Source of the DNA: Alphaproteobacteria bacterium
GTDB lineage: Bacteria > Pseudomonadota > Alphaproteobacteria > JBBDQX01
NCBI GenBank assembly: GCA_965601735.1
Contig: OZ271840.1
Coordinates: 1,080,402 to 1,144,401, forward strand
Reading direction: 5' to 3'
DNA: 64,000 bases
Part shown: positions 47,855 to 59,339 of the stretch, one piece after another
Position numbering within the stretch: the first letter of the stretch is position 1
How the letters are laid out: every line of letters starts with the position of its first letter
The notes under the pieces: generated by a model
Told to the model about the DNA's origin: nothing
The model's input: only the letters and a program-made list of their open reading frames with translations
The model's database searches: none
Position numbers and translations under genes: made by a program

Positions 47855-48335
47855 CGAGATGAACCGGCGGCTGACGGACACCCCGGGGGCCGCGCTCTGG
47901 CTTGGCTTTGGCGGCGTGGTGCCTTTCGTCGCCGGGGCGGGGGCGGCCTGGCTGATGGCGCCAGCGCCGGCGGTGCTCGCGCTCAGCGCGACAGTGGCCT
48001 ATGGCGCGGTGATCCTTTCATTTCTTGGTGGGGTGCGCTGGGGCCTGGCGGCAGCCAGCTATGGCGGGCCGCCAACATCGATGCATTGGATCCTCAGCAT
48101 TCTGCCAGCGCTGGTCGGATGGGCGGCGAACCTGATGGCCTTAGCGCCGGGCCTAGGCCTGCTCACCGCCGCTTTCGCCTTGGCTTATTTCGCTGACGCC
48201 CGGGCCGTTCGCGATGGGCTAGCGCCGCCTTGGTACGGCGCCCTGCGCCGGCCGCTCAGCGGCCTCGTGGTGGCGAGCCTCGGCCTCTGTCTGCTGGCGG
48301 TGTCGGTGCGCTTTTCCGGCGCGCATGCAGGCTGA
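47838..48335 (+). CDS. DUF3429-family membrane protein
   Basis: About 160 aa with 4 TM helices and a Gly/Ala/Leu-rich sequence typical of DUF3429. The start may be M8 at 47859. Confidence 0.5.
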   Translation: MALPSDEMNRRLTDTPGAALWLGFGGVVPFVAGAGAAWLMAPAPAVLALSATVAYGAVILSFLGGVRWGLAAASYGGPPTSMHWILSILPALVGWAANLMALAPGLGLLTAAFALAYFADARAVRDGLAPPWYGALRRPLSGLVVASLGLCLLAVSVRFSGAHAG

Positions 48336-49176
48336 TGTCCAGCGTGGCGCCGATGATGAAAACCGCGCCCACCACGGTGTAGACGTCGGGTACCTCGCCG
48401 AAGAGTGCGAACCCCAGCAGTCCGGCAAACGGCAGGCGGAAATAGTCGAACGGGATCACCGCACTGGCCTCTGCGATCCGCATGGCGCGGAAGTTGAAGT
48501 ACTGCGAACCGATGGCGCATAGCGCCACCGCCGAAACCACCGCGACATCCCACATCGGCGGCGACTGCCACACCACGGCTGCACCCGGTGCCGTGGCGAT
48601 CAGCGAAAACAGGGACGCGTAGAACAGCACCGCGGTCGCGTTTTCTGTCGCTGCGAGCTTCTTGATCAGCACGATGACGCCCGCCGCGCAGACCGCGGCG
48701 CCAATCGCCGCCAGGGCGGCGGGCTGTACCGCTTCCATGCCAGGCCGCAGGATCACCAGGATGCCGAAGAAGCCAACCAGGGTTGCCAGCCAGCGCCGCC
48801 GGTCGACCCGTTCGGACAACAGCAATACCGCCATCACAGTGAGGAACAGCGGCTTGGTGAAGGCGTAGGTGGTGGCCTCCGCCAGCGGCAGGTTGATGAA
48901 GGCGTAGAAGATGCCGACGTTGCCCAGCGCGCTGACCGCGCCGCGCAGGAAATGGGTACCCAGGCGCCGGGTGCGGAGAGACGCGATGCCGCTGTGGGCG
49001 ACCAGCGGCAGCAGGATGACGACGGCAGCCACGCTGCGGATAAACACCAACTGCAGGGTATGGACCTGGCCGCTGGTTGCCTTGATCAGCGCCCCCATCA
49101 CAGCCACGACGGCCGCGGTGGTCAAAATCCACAATGCACCGCGGGTGTTTGGCGACAGGCCAGCGGGCGCGGGCAC
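48256..49176 (-). CDS. EamA/DMT-family transporter, paralog 1 of 7
   Basis: 306 aa, 10 TM helices. Duplicated EamA halves (…FTKPLFLTVMAVLLLSERV… / …AVIPFDYFRLPFAGLLGFALFGE…). Confidence 0.7.
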   Translation of the reverse strand: MPAPAGLSPNTRGALWILTTAAVVAVMGALIKATSGQVHTLQLVFIRSVAAVVILLPLVAHSGIASLRTRRLGTHFLRGAVSALGNVGIFYAFINLPLAEATTYAFTKPLFLTVMAVLLLSERVDRRRWLATLVGFFGILVILRPGMEAVQPAALAAIGAAVCAAGVIVLIKKLAATENATAVLFYASLFSLIATAPGAAVVWQSPPMWDVAVVSAVALCAIGSQYFNFRAMRIAEASAVIPFDYFRLPFAGLLGFALFGEVPDVYTVVGAVFIIGATLDISLHARRKSAPTPPADRGRGSPPRGR

Positions 49177-49188
49177 CCGGCCGCCCGC

Positions 49189-50064
49189 CTACGAACCGCC
49201 GCCGCGGGCGCGTTCGCGGTGGGCGATATACAGGGTGGCGAATACGATCACTGCCGCTCCCAGCCAGGTGAACGGGCCGGGCAGTTCACTGAACAGCAGC
49301 CAGCCCCAGATGGTGGCGAACAGCAGCCGGAAATAGTCGAACGGCGCCACTGCGCTAGCCTCGCCTACCTTCAGCGCACGGATGGTGCACATCTGCGCTG
49401 CGGTACCGAGGATGCCGATGGCGACGCCTACCGCGACAACGTCCCAGCCCACCGGTTTCCAGACCGGAATCGCCGGAAACAGACTTAGCACCGCGGTGCC
49501 GGCGACCGAATAGAAGACGATGGTCGACGGCGCCTCGGTGGTCGAGAGGGATTTCCCGAGCAGCGCCTGCAGCGCGTAGCCGAGCGCTGCGATCAGCGCG
49601 GCGATCGCGCCGAAGGAAATCTCCTCAATCCCCGGGCGGGTGATGATCAGAACACCCAAGAACCCGACAGACACCGCGCTCCACCGCCGCCAGCCAACAA
49701 TCTCACCGAACAGGATCACCGCCAGGATGGTCATCCACAAAGGCTTGGTGAAGGTCAGCGCCACCGCCTCGGCCAGGGGCAAGGCGATGAAGGCGTAGAT
49801 CGAGAAGAAGATCGCGCACAGAACGGTCACCGCACTGGCCAAGTGCATACCGCGCCGCTGGGTGCCCAGCGCCTCGCCGAGGTTGCCGGCGATCAGCGGC
49901 AGCACCGCCAGCAGCCCGAAGGCGCAACGAAAGAAGGTAATCTGCAGGCTGTGATAGCCCTCCAGCGCCAGCCATTTCACCAGTGCCGACATGGTCGGAT
50001 AGCTAATACTGGCCAGCATTATCCACATGATGCCGCGCAAGTTGGGCGACAGGCCACCGGTCAT
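49189..50064 (-). CDS. EamA/DMT-family transporter, paralog 2
   Basis: 291 aa. Collinear with paralog 1 (LTFTKPLWMTILAVILFGEIV...). Confidence 0.7.
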   Translation of the reverse strand: MTGGLSPNLRGIMWIMLASISYPTMSALVKWLALEGYHSLQITFFRCAFGLLAVLPLIAGNLGEALGTQRRGMHLASAVTVLCAIFFSIYAFIALPLAEAVALTFTKPLWMTILAVILFGEIVGWRRWSAVSVGFLGVLIITRPGIEEISFGAIAALIAALGYALQALLGKSLSTTEAPSTIVFYSVAGTAVLSLFPAIPVWKPVGWDVVAVGVAIGILGTAAQMCTIRALKVGEASAVAPFDYFRLLFATIWGWLLFSELPGPFTWLGAAVIVFATLYIAHRERARGGGS

Positions 50065-50969
50065 GGCCGCACCGCCTTACCCAGCTGCGCCTCGCGCCGG
50101 GCGATGTAATAGGCCGCGCCGATGATGATCATTGCCCCGGCGATCGTGAAGGAATCGGGAAGTTCGCTGAAGAACATGTAGCCGATCAGCGCCGACCAGA
50201 TCAGCCGGGTGTAGTCGAACGGGATCACCGCGCTGGCCTCTGCGACCGCGAAGGCGCGGATGATGAAGTACTGGTTCACCGTACCGGCAAGCCCAAGTAG
50301 GGCGGCGAAGATCAAGGCTTCCATGTCCGGGGTCTGCCAGACCAGCGCAGCCGGAACCGCCAGCAGCAGGGTCGTGGTGCAGGCCGCGTAGAGCATGATG
50401 GTGACCGGCTTCTCCGTCTCTGAGAGCTGCTTCACCAGAATGTTGGTCAGCGCGAACATGAAGGCGCCGCCCAGCGCGACGAAGGCCTCCGGCTGCACCC
50501 CGCCGCCACCCGGTCGCATCATCACCAGCACGCCGATGAAACCCACCGCGACCGCGACCCATCGGTGCCGGCCAACCACTTCTGCCAGCATCACCGCCGC
50601 CAGCATGGTCATGAACAGGGGCTTCGTGAAGGTGTAGGCCACGGCGTCGGCCAGCGGCAGCACCGCGGTGGCGAACACGAGACAGAAGTTGGAGATCGCG
50701 CCGGTCAGACCGCGCACCGCGTGCAGGCCTGGCCGCTGCGTGCGAAAGCCGGTCCGTCCGACGCTGACGGCGATCGGCAGCACGATCAGCAGCGCAAAGA
50801 CGGCACGGAAGAAGGTGACCTGGAAGCTGTGAAACTGTTCGCCCAGCACCTTCATCATGGTCGCCATGATGGCGAACGAGACCGCGGCGATGATCATCCA
50901 CAGCGCGCCGCGGACGTTGGGCGGGATCGTCTCGGCCCAGGCCGAGAGCCGGGCTGAGATCTGGTTCAC
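50061..50969 (-). CDS. EamA/DMT-family transporter, paralog 3
   Basis: Track ORF 50061..51080 trimmed to a GTG that overlaps the upstream paralog's TGA (GTGA). The alignment with paralogs 1/2 begins at ...NVRGALWMIIAAV. Confidence 0.6.
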   Translation of the reverse strand: MNQISARLSAWAETIPPNVRGALWMIIAAVSFAIMATMMKVLGEQFHSFQVTFFRAVFALLIVLPIAVSVGRTGFRTQRPGLHAVRGLTGAISNFCLVFATAVLPLADAVAYTFTKPLFMTMLAAVMLAEVVGRHRWVAVAVGFIGVLVMMRPGGGGVQPEAFVALGGAFMFALTNILVKQLSETEKPVTIMLYAACTTTLLLAVPAALVWQTPDMEALIFAALLGLAGTVNQYFIIRAFAVAEASAVIPFDYTRLIWSALIGYMFFSELPDSFTIAGAMIIIGAAYYIARREAQLGKAVRP

Positions 50970-51874
50970 CGCCGCTTGCCCTGCAATGCTTCGTGGAAAG
51001 CGATATAGAGCGCCGCGGCCACAATCACGGCCGCCCCGGCGAGCGTGAACATATCCGGCAGTTCGCTGAACACGATCCAACCGATCAGCCCGGACCAGAT
51101 CAGGCGGGTGTAATCAAAGGGGACGACGGCACTGGCGTCGGCGATGCGCCAGGCGCGAATCATCAAATACTGGTTCGCGGCGCTCATCACCGCCATTAAC
51201 AGCACCAGCATCCAGCCATACAGGCTGGGCCATTCCCAAACGAATAGCGCCGGCGGGAAGGAGATGAGGGATGTGAAAATCCCTGCGTATAGCAGAATCG
51301 TCACGGGCCGCTCCGTGGCTGAGAGCTTCTTCACCAGCACATTGACCACGGCAAAGAAGAAGGCGCCGCCCAGCGCAACGAACGCCCCCGGATCAAGGCC
51401 ACCCACGCCCGGGCGCATCATAATCAGCACGCCCAGGAAGCCCACGGCCACCGCCCCCCAGCGCTGCCATGAGACGATCTCTGGCAGCATCAAGGCGATC
51501 AGCACCGTCATGAACAGCGGCTTGGTAAAGGTGAACGCCGTCGCTTCCGCCAGTGGCAAGTAGGTGAAGGCGTAGACAAGACAGAACAGGGAAATGCCGC
51601 TGGCGACGCCGCGCTGGGCATGGACCTTGAGGCGCCGGGTGCGGAAGGCGTCGGCGCCGACCCGCAGCACTGCGGGCATGACCACGGCCAGCATGGTGAT
51701 CGAGCGCAGGAACGTCAGCAGGAATGGGTCGTAATCCTCGCCCAGCATCTTGATCGCCATGCCCTGGAGGGCGAAGGCCATGGCAGCCAAGGACACCCAA
51801 GCGGCCCCGCGCGCGTTGCCGGGAATCGACTCAACGAAGGACGCCGGGCGCTTCGGGGAGTGTGGTTCGTGCAA
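50966..51874 (-). CDS. EamA/DMT-family transporter, paralog 4
   Basis: 302 aa. Same subfamily as paralogs 1-3 (FTFTKPLFMTVLIALMLPEIV...). Confidence 0.7.
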   Translation of the reverse strand: MHEPHSPKRPASFVESIPGNARGAAWVSLAAMAFALQGMAIKMLGEDYDPFLLTFLRSITMLAVVMPAVLRVGADAFRTRRLKVHAQRGVASGISLFCLVYAFTYLPLAEATAFTFTKPLFMTVLIALMLPEIVSWQRWGAVAVGFLGVLIMMRPGVGGLDPGAFVALGGAFFFAVVNVLVKKLSATERPVTILLYAGIFTSLISFPPALFVWEWPSLYGWMLVLLMAVMSAANQYLMIRAWRIADASAVVPFDYTRLIWSGLIGWIVFSELPDMFTLAGAAVIVAAALYIAFHEALQGKRR

Positions 51875-51952
51875 AGGCTGCTGTCTCGGCGGGGCAAATT
51901 AGGTTGCGCTGCATCATTGTGGTACGCACCGTCGCAGCGCACAACGCAGGCG

Positions 51953-52846
51953 TCAGGAACCGCGCCGCTTCGCCCGTGCTTCGCGGTGCGCGATATAGGC
52001 ACCGGCGGTGAAGATCACCCCGGCACCGATCCAGCTCCACAGGTCCATCAGTTCCCCGAACCAGATCAACCCGACCATCGCGCCATAGGGCAGGCGCAGG
52101 AAGTCGAGCGGCGCTACCACCGAGGCATCCGCGCGGCTGAACGCAATGGTGTAGAGCGTCATGCCCACCGTGCCGGTCGCGGCCATCGCCAGCGCGCCGA
52201 TCAGGAATGCCGTGCTGGGCGCCTGCCATACCCATAGGGCAGCGGGCAGCAGGAACGGCGTCGCATAGAGATACATGTACAGCATGATGGTGGTGGGAGA
52301 TTCGGTACGGCTGAGCGCGCGTACCATCAGCATCACCGAGCCCATGATCGCGGCGACCAGCAGCGGCACGATGGAGGCCGGCTCGTAGGCGGCGAAGCCC
52401 GGCCTGAGGATGATCAGGCTGCCCAGCACGCCGATCGCGACGGCGGCCCAGCGCCGCGGCCCCACGCGCTCGCCAAGGAACAGGGCCGCCCCGAGGGTGG
52501 CCCAGATCGGTACCGTGAAGTTGAGCGCGGTGGCCTTGTCGATGGGCAGCAATTGCAGCGAGAACACCCATCCCGCGGTCAGCGCCGCGGTCGCCAGCCC
52601 GCGCAGCACCAGCAAGCCGTGCCGCTGGCTGCGCAGGGGGGCAAGGCCGGTGTAGAGCAGCACTGGCGCGACGAACACCAGGCCGAACAGCATGCGCAGG
52701 AAGGCGACCTGGAAGGGATGGAATTCCTGGCTCCAGTGCCGCATGAAGCCGTTGACGATGGCCGCGCAGAGCGTCGCCAGCGCCATCGCCAGTGCTGCCT
52801 GGACCGGAGGCGGCACCCGCTCGAACAGCGCCACCGCCCGCTTCAC
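51953..52846 (-). CDS. EamA/DMT-family transporter, paralog 5 (second subfamily)
   Basis: 297 aa. Distinct subfamily signature LPIDKATALNFTVPIWAT...ILRPG. Confidence 0.7.
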   Translation of the reverse strand: MKRAVALFERVPPPVQAALAMALATLCAAIVNGFMRHWSQEFHPFQVAFLRMLFGLVFVAPVLLYTGLAPLRSQRHGLLVLRGLATAALTAGWVFSLQLLPIDKATALNFTVPIWATLGAALFLGERVGPRRWAAVAIGVLGSLIILRPGFAAYEPASIVPLLVAAIMGSVMLMVRALSRTESPTTIMLYMYLYATPFLLPAALWVWQAPSTAFLIGALAMAATGTVGMTLYTIAFSRADASVVAPLDFLRLPYGAMVGLIWFGELMDLWSWIGAGVIFTAGAYIAHREARAKRRGS

Positions 52847-53742
52847 GGCCGTTTCGCCCTGGCCAGCTGCGCCTCACGCCGGGCGATGAAGGCGGCGGCG
52901 AGGAAGATCACCCCGGCACCCACCCAGCTCCAGCCATCCATTAATTCGCCGAACCAGATCCAACCGATCATCGCGCCCAGCGGCAGGCGCAGGAAATCGT
53001 GCGGCGCAACGAAGGAGGCATCGGCGAGAGTCAGCGCCCGGGCGATCAGCAGGTGTGCGCACGAGCCCATCACCCCGAGCAGGAATGTGGCCAGCAGGAA
53101 GCCGGGCGTGGGGGTGACCCAGACCGGCAGCGCCATCACCAGTGCGAAGGGTGTCGAGTACAGACCCATATAAAGGACGATGGTGTGGGGCGGGTCGGTG
53201 CGCGACAGCACTTTGACGATCAGCAGCGATCCACCCATCAGCGCCGCGGCCGCCAGCGGCACCAGGGATGCCGGCTCGAAGGCGCCGATCCCCGGCCGCA
53301 TGATGATCAGGCTGCCGACAATGCCGACCAGGACAGCCGCCCAGCGCCGGGGGCCGACAGCCTCGCGCAGGATCAGCGCCGCGCCGATCGTTGCCCACAA
53401 GGGTACGGTGAAGTTCAGCGCCGTCGCCTTGTCCACCGGCAGCAGCATCAGCGCATAGACCCAAAGCGCAGTGGCGACTGCGGCGACGAAGCCACGGAAG
53501 ATGTAGAGCGGCTGCCGGGTCGTGCGCAGGGCGCCGAAGCCGAGGCGCACCAGCACCGGGGCCAGAAACACCAGGCCGAAGAACAGCCGGAAGAAAGCGA
53601 CCTCAAGCGCCGGCCAGTCCTGGCTCAGGTAGCGCATCCAGCCGTTCATGATCGACTGGAAGGTCGCCGCGCCAAGGCAGCAGACGCTGACCTGCACCGG
53701 CACCGGCAGGGCGAGAAACGGCCGCAACAGGGCGGCGATCAC
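52843..53742 (-). CDS. EamA/DMT-family transporter, paralog 6 (second subfamily)
   Basis: 299 aa. LPVDKATALNFTVPLWATIGAALIL. 4-nt overlap with paralog 5. Confidence 0.7.
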   Translation of the reverse strand: MIAALLRPFLALPVPVQVSVCCLGAATFQSIMNGWMRYLSQDWPALEVAFFRLFFGLVFLAPVLVRLGFGALRTTRQPLYIFRGFVAAVATALWVYALMLLPVDKATALNFTVPLWATIGAALILREAVGPRRWAAVLVGIVGSLIIMRPGIGAFEPASLVPLAAAALMGGSLLIVKVLSRTDPPHTIVLYMGLYSTPFALVMALPVWVTPTPGFLLATFLLGVMGSCAHLLIARALTLADASFVAPHDFLRLPLGAMIGWIWFGELMDGWSWVGAGVIFLAAAFIARREAQLARAKRP

Positions 53743-54662
53743 GGGCCGTCCTCGCTGCGGGTGCGTGCGGCCTTCGCGACCTGCGACTCGCGATGGGCGA
53801 TGTAGGCGCCGGCGGCGAAGATCACGGCGGCGCCGACCCAGCTCCAGAAATCCATCAATTCACCGAACCAGAACCAGCCGACGATGGCGCCGAAGGGCAG
53901 CCGGAAGAAGTCATAGGGCACGACGGCGGAGGCTTCGGCCATGGCGAAGGCGCGCGTCAGCATGTACTGGCCGGTGGCACCGAACGCGCTGAGCACGAAC
54001 AGCAGGCCCAGGATCGTGGTATCCGGCGTCTGCCACACCGGCAGTGTCGCCAGCAGCAGGAAGGGCGTCGAGTAGATGCCCATATAAAGCACGATGGTGT
54101 GCGCTGGCTCGGTGCGCGACAGGGTCTTCACGATCAGCATCGACAGGGCCATGCCCACCGCGGCGGCCAGTGGCACCAGGGACGCCGGCTCATAGGCCTC
54201 CAGCCCGGGACGCAGGATCACCAGGCTGCCCAGGATGCCGATCCCGACAGCGCTCCAGCGCCGCGCGCGCACCCGTTCGCGCAGGATCAGCGCTGCTCCG
54301 ATGGTGGCCCAGATCGGCACGGTGAAGTTGAGCGCCGTCGCCTTGTCGATCGGTAGAAGATAGAGCGAGTACATCCACATGCCGCTCTGTACCGCGACCA
54401 GCGCGCCGCGAAGCAGCAGCAGGCCGTGTCGGTCGGTGCGCAGGCCTGCGAGGCCCGTGCGGAGCAGGATCGGCGCCATGAAGATGGTGCCGAACAGGGC
54501 GCGGAAGAACGCGACCTCGATCGCCGGGATTGACTGGCTGGTATAGCGGATGAACCCGTTGGCGATGGCGAACATCAGCATCGCTCCGCCCGCCAGCAGG
54601 CCGACCCGGGCAGAGACGGGAAGGCGCCGGAAGGCGGCGAGTAAGGGGTCCGCGAGGGACAT
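53739..54662 (-). CDS. EamA/DMT-family transporter, paralog 7 (second subfamily)
   Basis: Trimmed to M74 (MSLADPLL..., 307 aa). LPIDKATALNFTVPIWATIGAALIL. 4-nt overlap with paralog 6. Confidence 0.7.
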   Translation of the reverse strand: MSLADPLLAAFRRLPVSARVGLLAGGAMLMFAIANGFIRYTSQSIPAIEVAFFRALFGTIFMAPILLRTGLAGLRTDRHGLLLLRGALVAVQSGMWMYSLYLLPIDKATALNFTVPIWATIGAALILRERVRARRWSAVGIGILGSLVILRPGLEAYEPASLVPLAAAVGMALSMLIVKTLSRTEPAHTIVLYMGIYSTPFLLLATLPVWQTPDTTILGLLFVLSAFGATGQYMLTRAFAMAEASAVVPYDFFRLPFGAIVGWFWFGELMDFWSWVGAAVIFAAGAYIAHRESQVAKAARTRSEDGP

Positions 54663-54780
54663 TGGACGGGTTCCGGGCGAGGGGTGCCGGGTCGTGGCGT
54701 CATGCCCGGCTTCCAGCCTATAACAATAGGCATAAAGCAGACGGCCGCGCAGCAACGGCCGGCAGGACAGGGAGGACGCG

Positions 54781-56730
<1,950 letters not shown>

Positions 56731-56737
56731 ATCCGCC

Positions 56738-57967
56738 CTAGTTAAGCGCCCACCAGCAGGTGGCATTGCCGCCAGCGATGCGGGCGGCCAGCGGCCGCTG
56801 ATCGACCAGGGCAATGTCCTCATGCACCAGGTTGCGCAGGGCCTGGGTATTGGGATGATGCGGGAAGCGCCGCATATAGGGCTCCGCCCACGCCATGTAG
56901 CGGTTGCGGCCGCGCGGGATCAGGAAGCCGAGGTCCTGTTCGCGCCAGTTGTTGCTGGGGCCAGGCCGGTAGTTGGCCTTGGCGTAGTCCAGTACCAGGG
57001 ACGGGTCGGCGATGCCCCGCATCAGGAAATCGACGGCGGTGTGCAGGTCGGCGCCCTGCGGCCCCTTCAGGGCATAGAGGTCGTAGCCTTGGTTGGCGGC
57101 GACCTCAGCGATCACCACCAGGTTGGTGACACCGTGGCGCTGATACCACAGGGCGCGGGCGCCGCGCTGGGTTTCCAGCGGCAGGCTGCCGTCCGGGCGC
57201 ATCTGTGCCAGCGCCACCACATAGCGCTCAATGCCCTTCTGGAAGCGCGCATCGTCGCCGCTCAACGCGCCCCACATGGCGTTCATCGAATCACGCAGAT
57301 AGCGGTGGTTGTTGCAGTTGGAGTTGTTCTCGTTACCGGGGCAGTTGCGCACCTTGTCGCGGCTCTTCTTGGTACCCGTGTTCACGTCGGCCAGTGCCAC
57401 CAGCTGGCCGATCCAGGCCTCGATCTCGGCCCGCTTGTTCGGCTCCAGCACGGGGTCGTCGCGGAACATTGACCAGGCCGGGATCACTGTGTTCAGGCTG
57501 CGTTTTAGGCCGAACAGCACATTGTGGTTGGAGCCCTTGCGGTCGTCGCGGATGCGGGTCATCGCGCCGACCCGCGACCAGTTCACCAGCAGGGCGCGCA
57601 GGTCCTTCGCCGCCGTGCGGTCGCCTGCCCCGAAGGCCGCCGCAGACAGGTGGGTCACCGACCAGTCGAAGTCGGTGACGGTCTTGTCGGTGCCGCCGTA
57701 GCGCGCCTTGCCTTGCAGGTCGGTGATCGGCTTCAGCATCCGCTTGGAGCGCGACACCGGCACCTTGCACCAGGCCTCTGCTCGTTGTGCGCCGAGGCGC
57801 GCCAACTCCTCGCGCCGCGCTGCCGGCTCGGCGACCACGATGCCGGGCCGCGTCACCGTGAACTCCGACAGCGCCCGCCCGGCGATGCCGGCGAACGGAT
57901 CGTCGGCGGCGGCAGGCGCCGCACCGAGCAGCAGGATGAGGCCCAGGGCCCAACGTCTCATGGTCAC
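56738..57967 (-). CDS. Secreted alginate-lyase-family (PL5-like) protein
   Basis: 409 aa with a signal peptide. NNHRYL matches the NNH(S/T)YW catalytic-region motif of AlgL-type lyases. Confidence 0.55.
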   Translation of the reverse strand: MTMRRWALGLILLLGAAPAAADDPFAGIAGRALSEFTVTRPGIVVAEPAARREELARLGAQRAEAWCKVPVSRSKRMLKPITDLQGKARYGGTDKTVTDFDWSVTHLSAAAFGAGDRTAAKDLRALLVNWSRVGAMTRIRDDRKGSNHNVLFGLKRSLNTVIPAWSMFRDDPVLEPNKRAEIEAWIGQLVALADVNTGTKKSRDKVRNCPGNENNSNCNNHRYLRDSMNAMWGALSGDDARFQKGIERYVVALAQMRPDGSLPLETQRGARALWYQRHGVTNLVVIAEVAANQGYDLYALKGPQGADLHTAVDFLMRGIADPSLVLDYAKANYRPGPSNNWREQDLGFLIPRGRNRYMAWAEPYMRRFPHHPNTQALRNLVHEDIALVDQRPLAARIAGGNATCWWALN

Positions 57968-58114
57968 GCTCCAGTTGCGGCATGTCCGCGAACGCCGCGG
58001 ATCATACGCAATCGGCTGCTATGGTTGAATCACATCTCTGCCATGCGCGAACGGGGGTGTCGCGCCGCCGCTGCCCCGTCGTACGCTGCTATCTCGCTGC
58101 TGCCGGAGCCACGC

Positions 58115-59332
58115 ATGACCCGACTTGCCCTGATCGTCCTCGCGGGCGCCTCCCTGATCCTCGCGCTCAGCATGGGCGTACGTCATGCCTTTGGCCTGTT
58201 CATCTCGCCGGTGATCGTCGACCTCGGCTTTAGCGCCTCGGCGATCTCGTTTGCGCTGGCGGTGCAGAACCTGATTCGTGGCCTGGCACAGCCCCTGTTC
58301 GGCATGGTCGCCGACCGCTTTGGCCCAGTGTGGGTGCTGCTCGCGGGCGGGCTGCTTTATGGCGTCGGCCTTGCGGTGATGGCCGAGGGTGAGACCCTGC
58401 TGCTGTTCAACATCGGCGCTGGCTGGCTGGTTGGCCTCGGCATCAGCGCCACCGGCATCCCCATCGTGCTGGGCGCCGTCGCGCGCCTGGTGCCGGCGGA
58501 GCGCCGCTCCAGCGCCTTCGGCGTGGTCACGGCGATCGGCTCCGGCGGGCAGTTCGTCATGGCGCCGGTGACCCAGGGCCTGATCGGTGGCTTCGGCTGG
58601 AGCCTGACCACCTGGGTTCTGGCGGCGGCCATGATGCTGGTGGTCCCCCTGGCCCTGATGGTGCGCTCTGCAGGTGCCGCCAACGACGAAGCCGGCGGCA
58701 GTCCGGTACAGGCAGAGCATGACGCCGGCGGGGTGTTGGCTGCCACGGCCGAGGCGTTCCGCGAGCGCGGCTACTGGCTGGTGATCCTGGGCTTTTTCAC
58801 CTGCGGTTTCCACGTCACCTTCATCGCGGTGCATCTGCCTGGCTACCTGGAAAGCTGTGGCATGCCGCCGTCACTGGCGGGCTGGGCCATCGGGCTTGTC
58901 GGCCTGTTCAACATGCTGGGCACCTGGGTGGTGGGCCACCTCGGCGACCGCTTTCCTAAGAAGTACCTGCTCAGCGCGCTCTACACTTCGCGGATGCTGA
59001 TCATCATTGCCTTTGTGACCATCCCGATAACCCCGGTCACCGTGATCATCGCGTCCGCCTTCCTTGGCATGACCTGGCTGGCCACCGTGCCGGTGACCAG
59101 CGGGCTGGTCGCCACCATATTCGGCGCGCGCTACCTGTCGACCCTGTTCGGCATCGTCTTCCTGAGCCACCAGGTCGGCGCCTTCCTCGGTGCCTGGCTG
59201 GGCGGGGTGCTGTTCGACATGACCGGCAGCTATCTGGAGATGTGGTACCTCACAGCCGGCCTGGCGGTATTCTCGGCGATCGTCCATCTGCCGGTGCGCG
59301 AGCGCCCGCTGCACGCACCCGCCACCGCCTGA
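58115..59332 (+). CDS. MFS transporter
   Basis: The C-terminal 405 aa of track ORF 57524..59332, starting at MTRLALIVLAG. 12 TM helices, MFS motif A-like GMVADRFGP. The upstream part of the ORF is antisense to the lyase gene. Confidence 0.7.
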   Translation: MTRLALIVLAGASLILALSMGVRHAFGLFISPVIVDLGFSASAISFALAVQNLIRGLAQPLFGMVADRFGPVWVLLAGGLLYGVGLAVMAEGETLLLFNIGAGWLVGLGISATGIPIVLGAVARLVPAERRSSAFGVVTAIGSGGQFVMAPVTQGLIGGFGWSLTTWVLAAAMMLVVPLALMVRSAGAANDEAGGSPVQAEHDAGGVLAATAEAFRERGYWLVILGFFTCGFHVTFIAVHLPGYLESCGMPPSLAGWAIGLVGLFNMLGTWVVGHLGDRFPKKYLLSALYTSRMLIIIAFVTIPITPVTVIIASAFLGMTWLATVPVTSGLVATIFGARYLSTLFGIVFLSHQVGAFLGAWLGGVLFDMTGSYLEMWYLTAGLAVFSAIVHLPVRERPLHAPATA

Positions 59333-59339
59333 CGCCGCC

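Noticed and set aside
47486-47881. N-terminal two-thirds of track ORF 47087..47881
   Set aside because: This portion is antisense to the clearly conserved pterin dehydratase gene. Only the C-terminal HExxH domain (from M133) is kept.
57524-58114. N-terminal 197 aa of track ORF 57524..59332
   Set aside because: Antisense to the alginate-lyase-family gene. The real MFS protein starts at MTRLALIV (58115).
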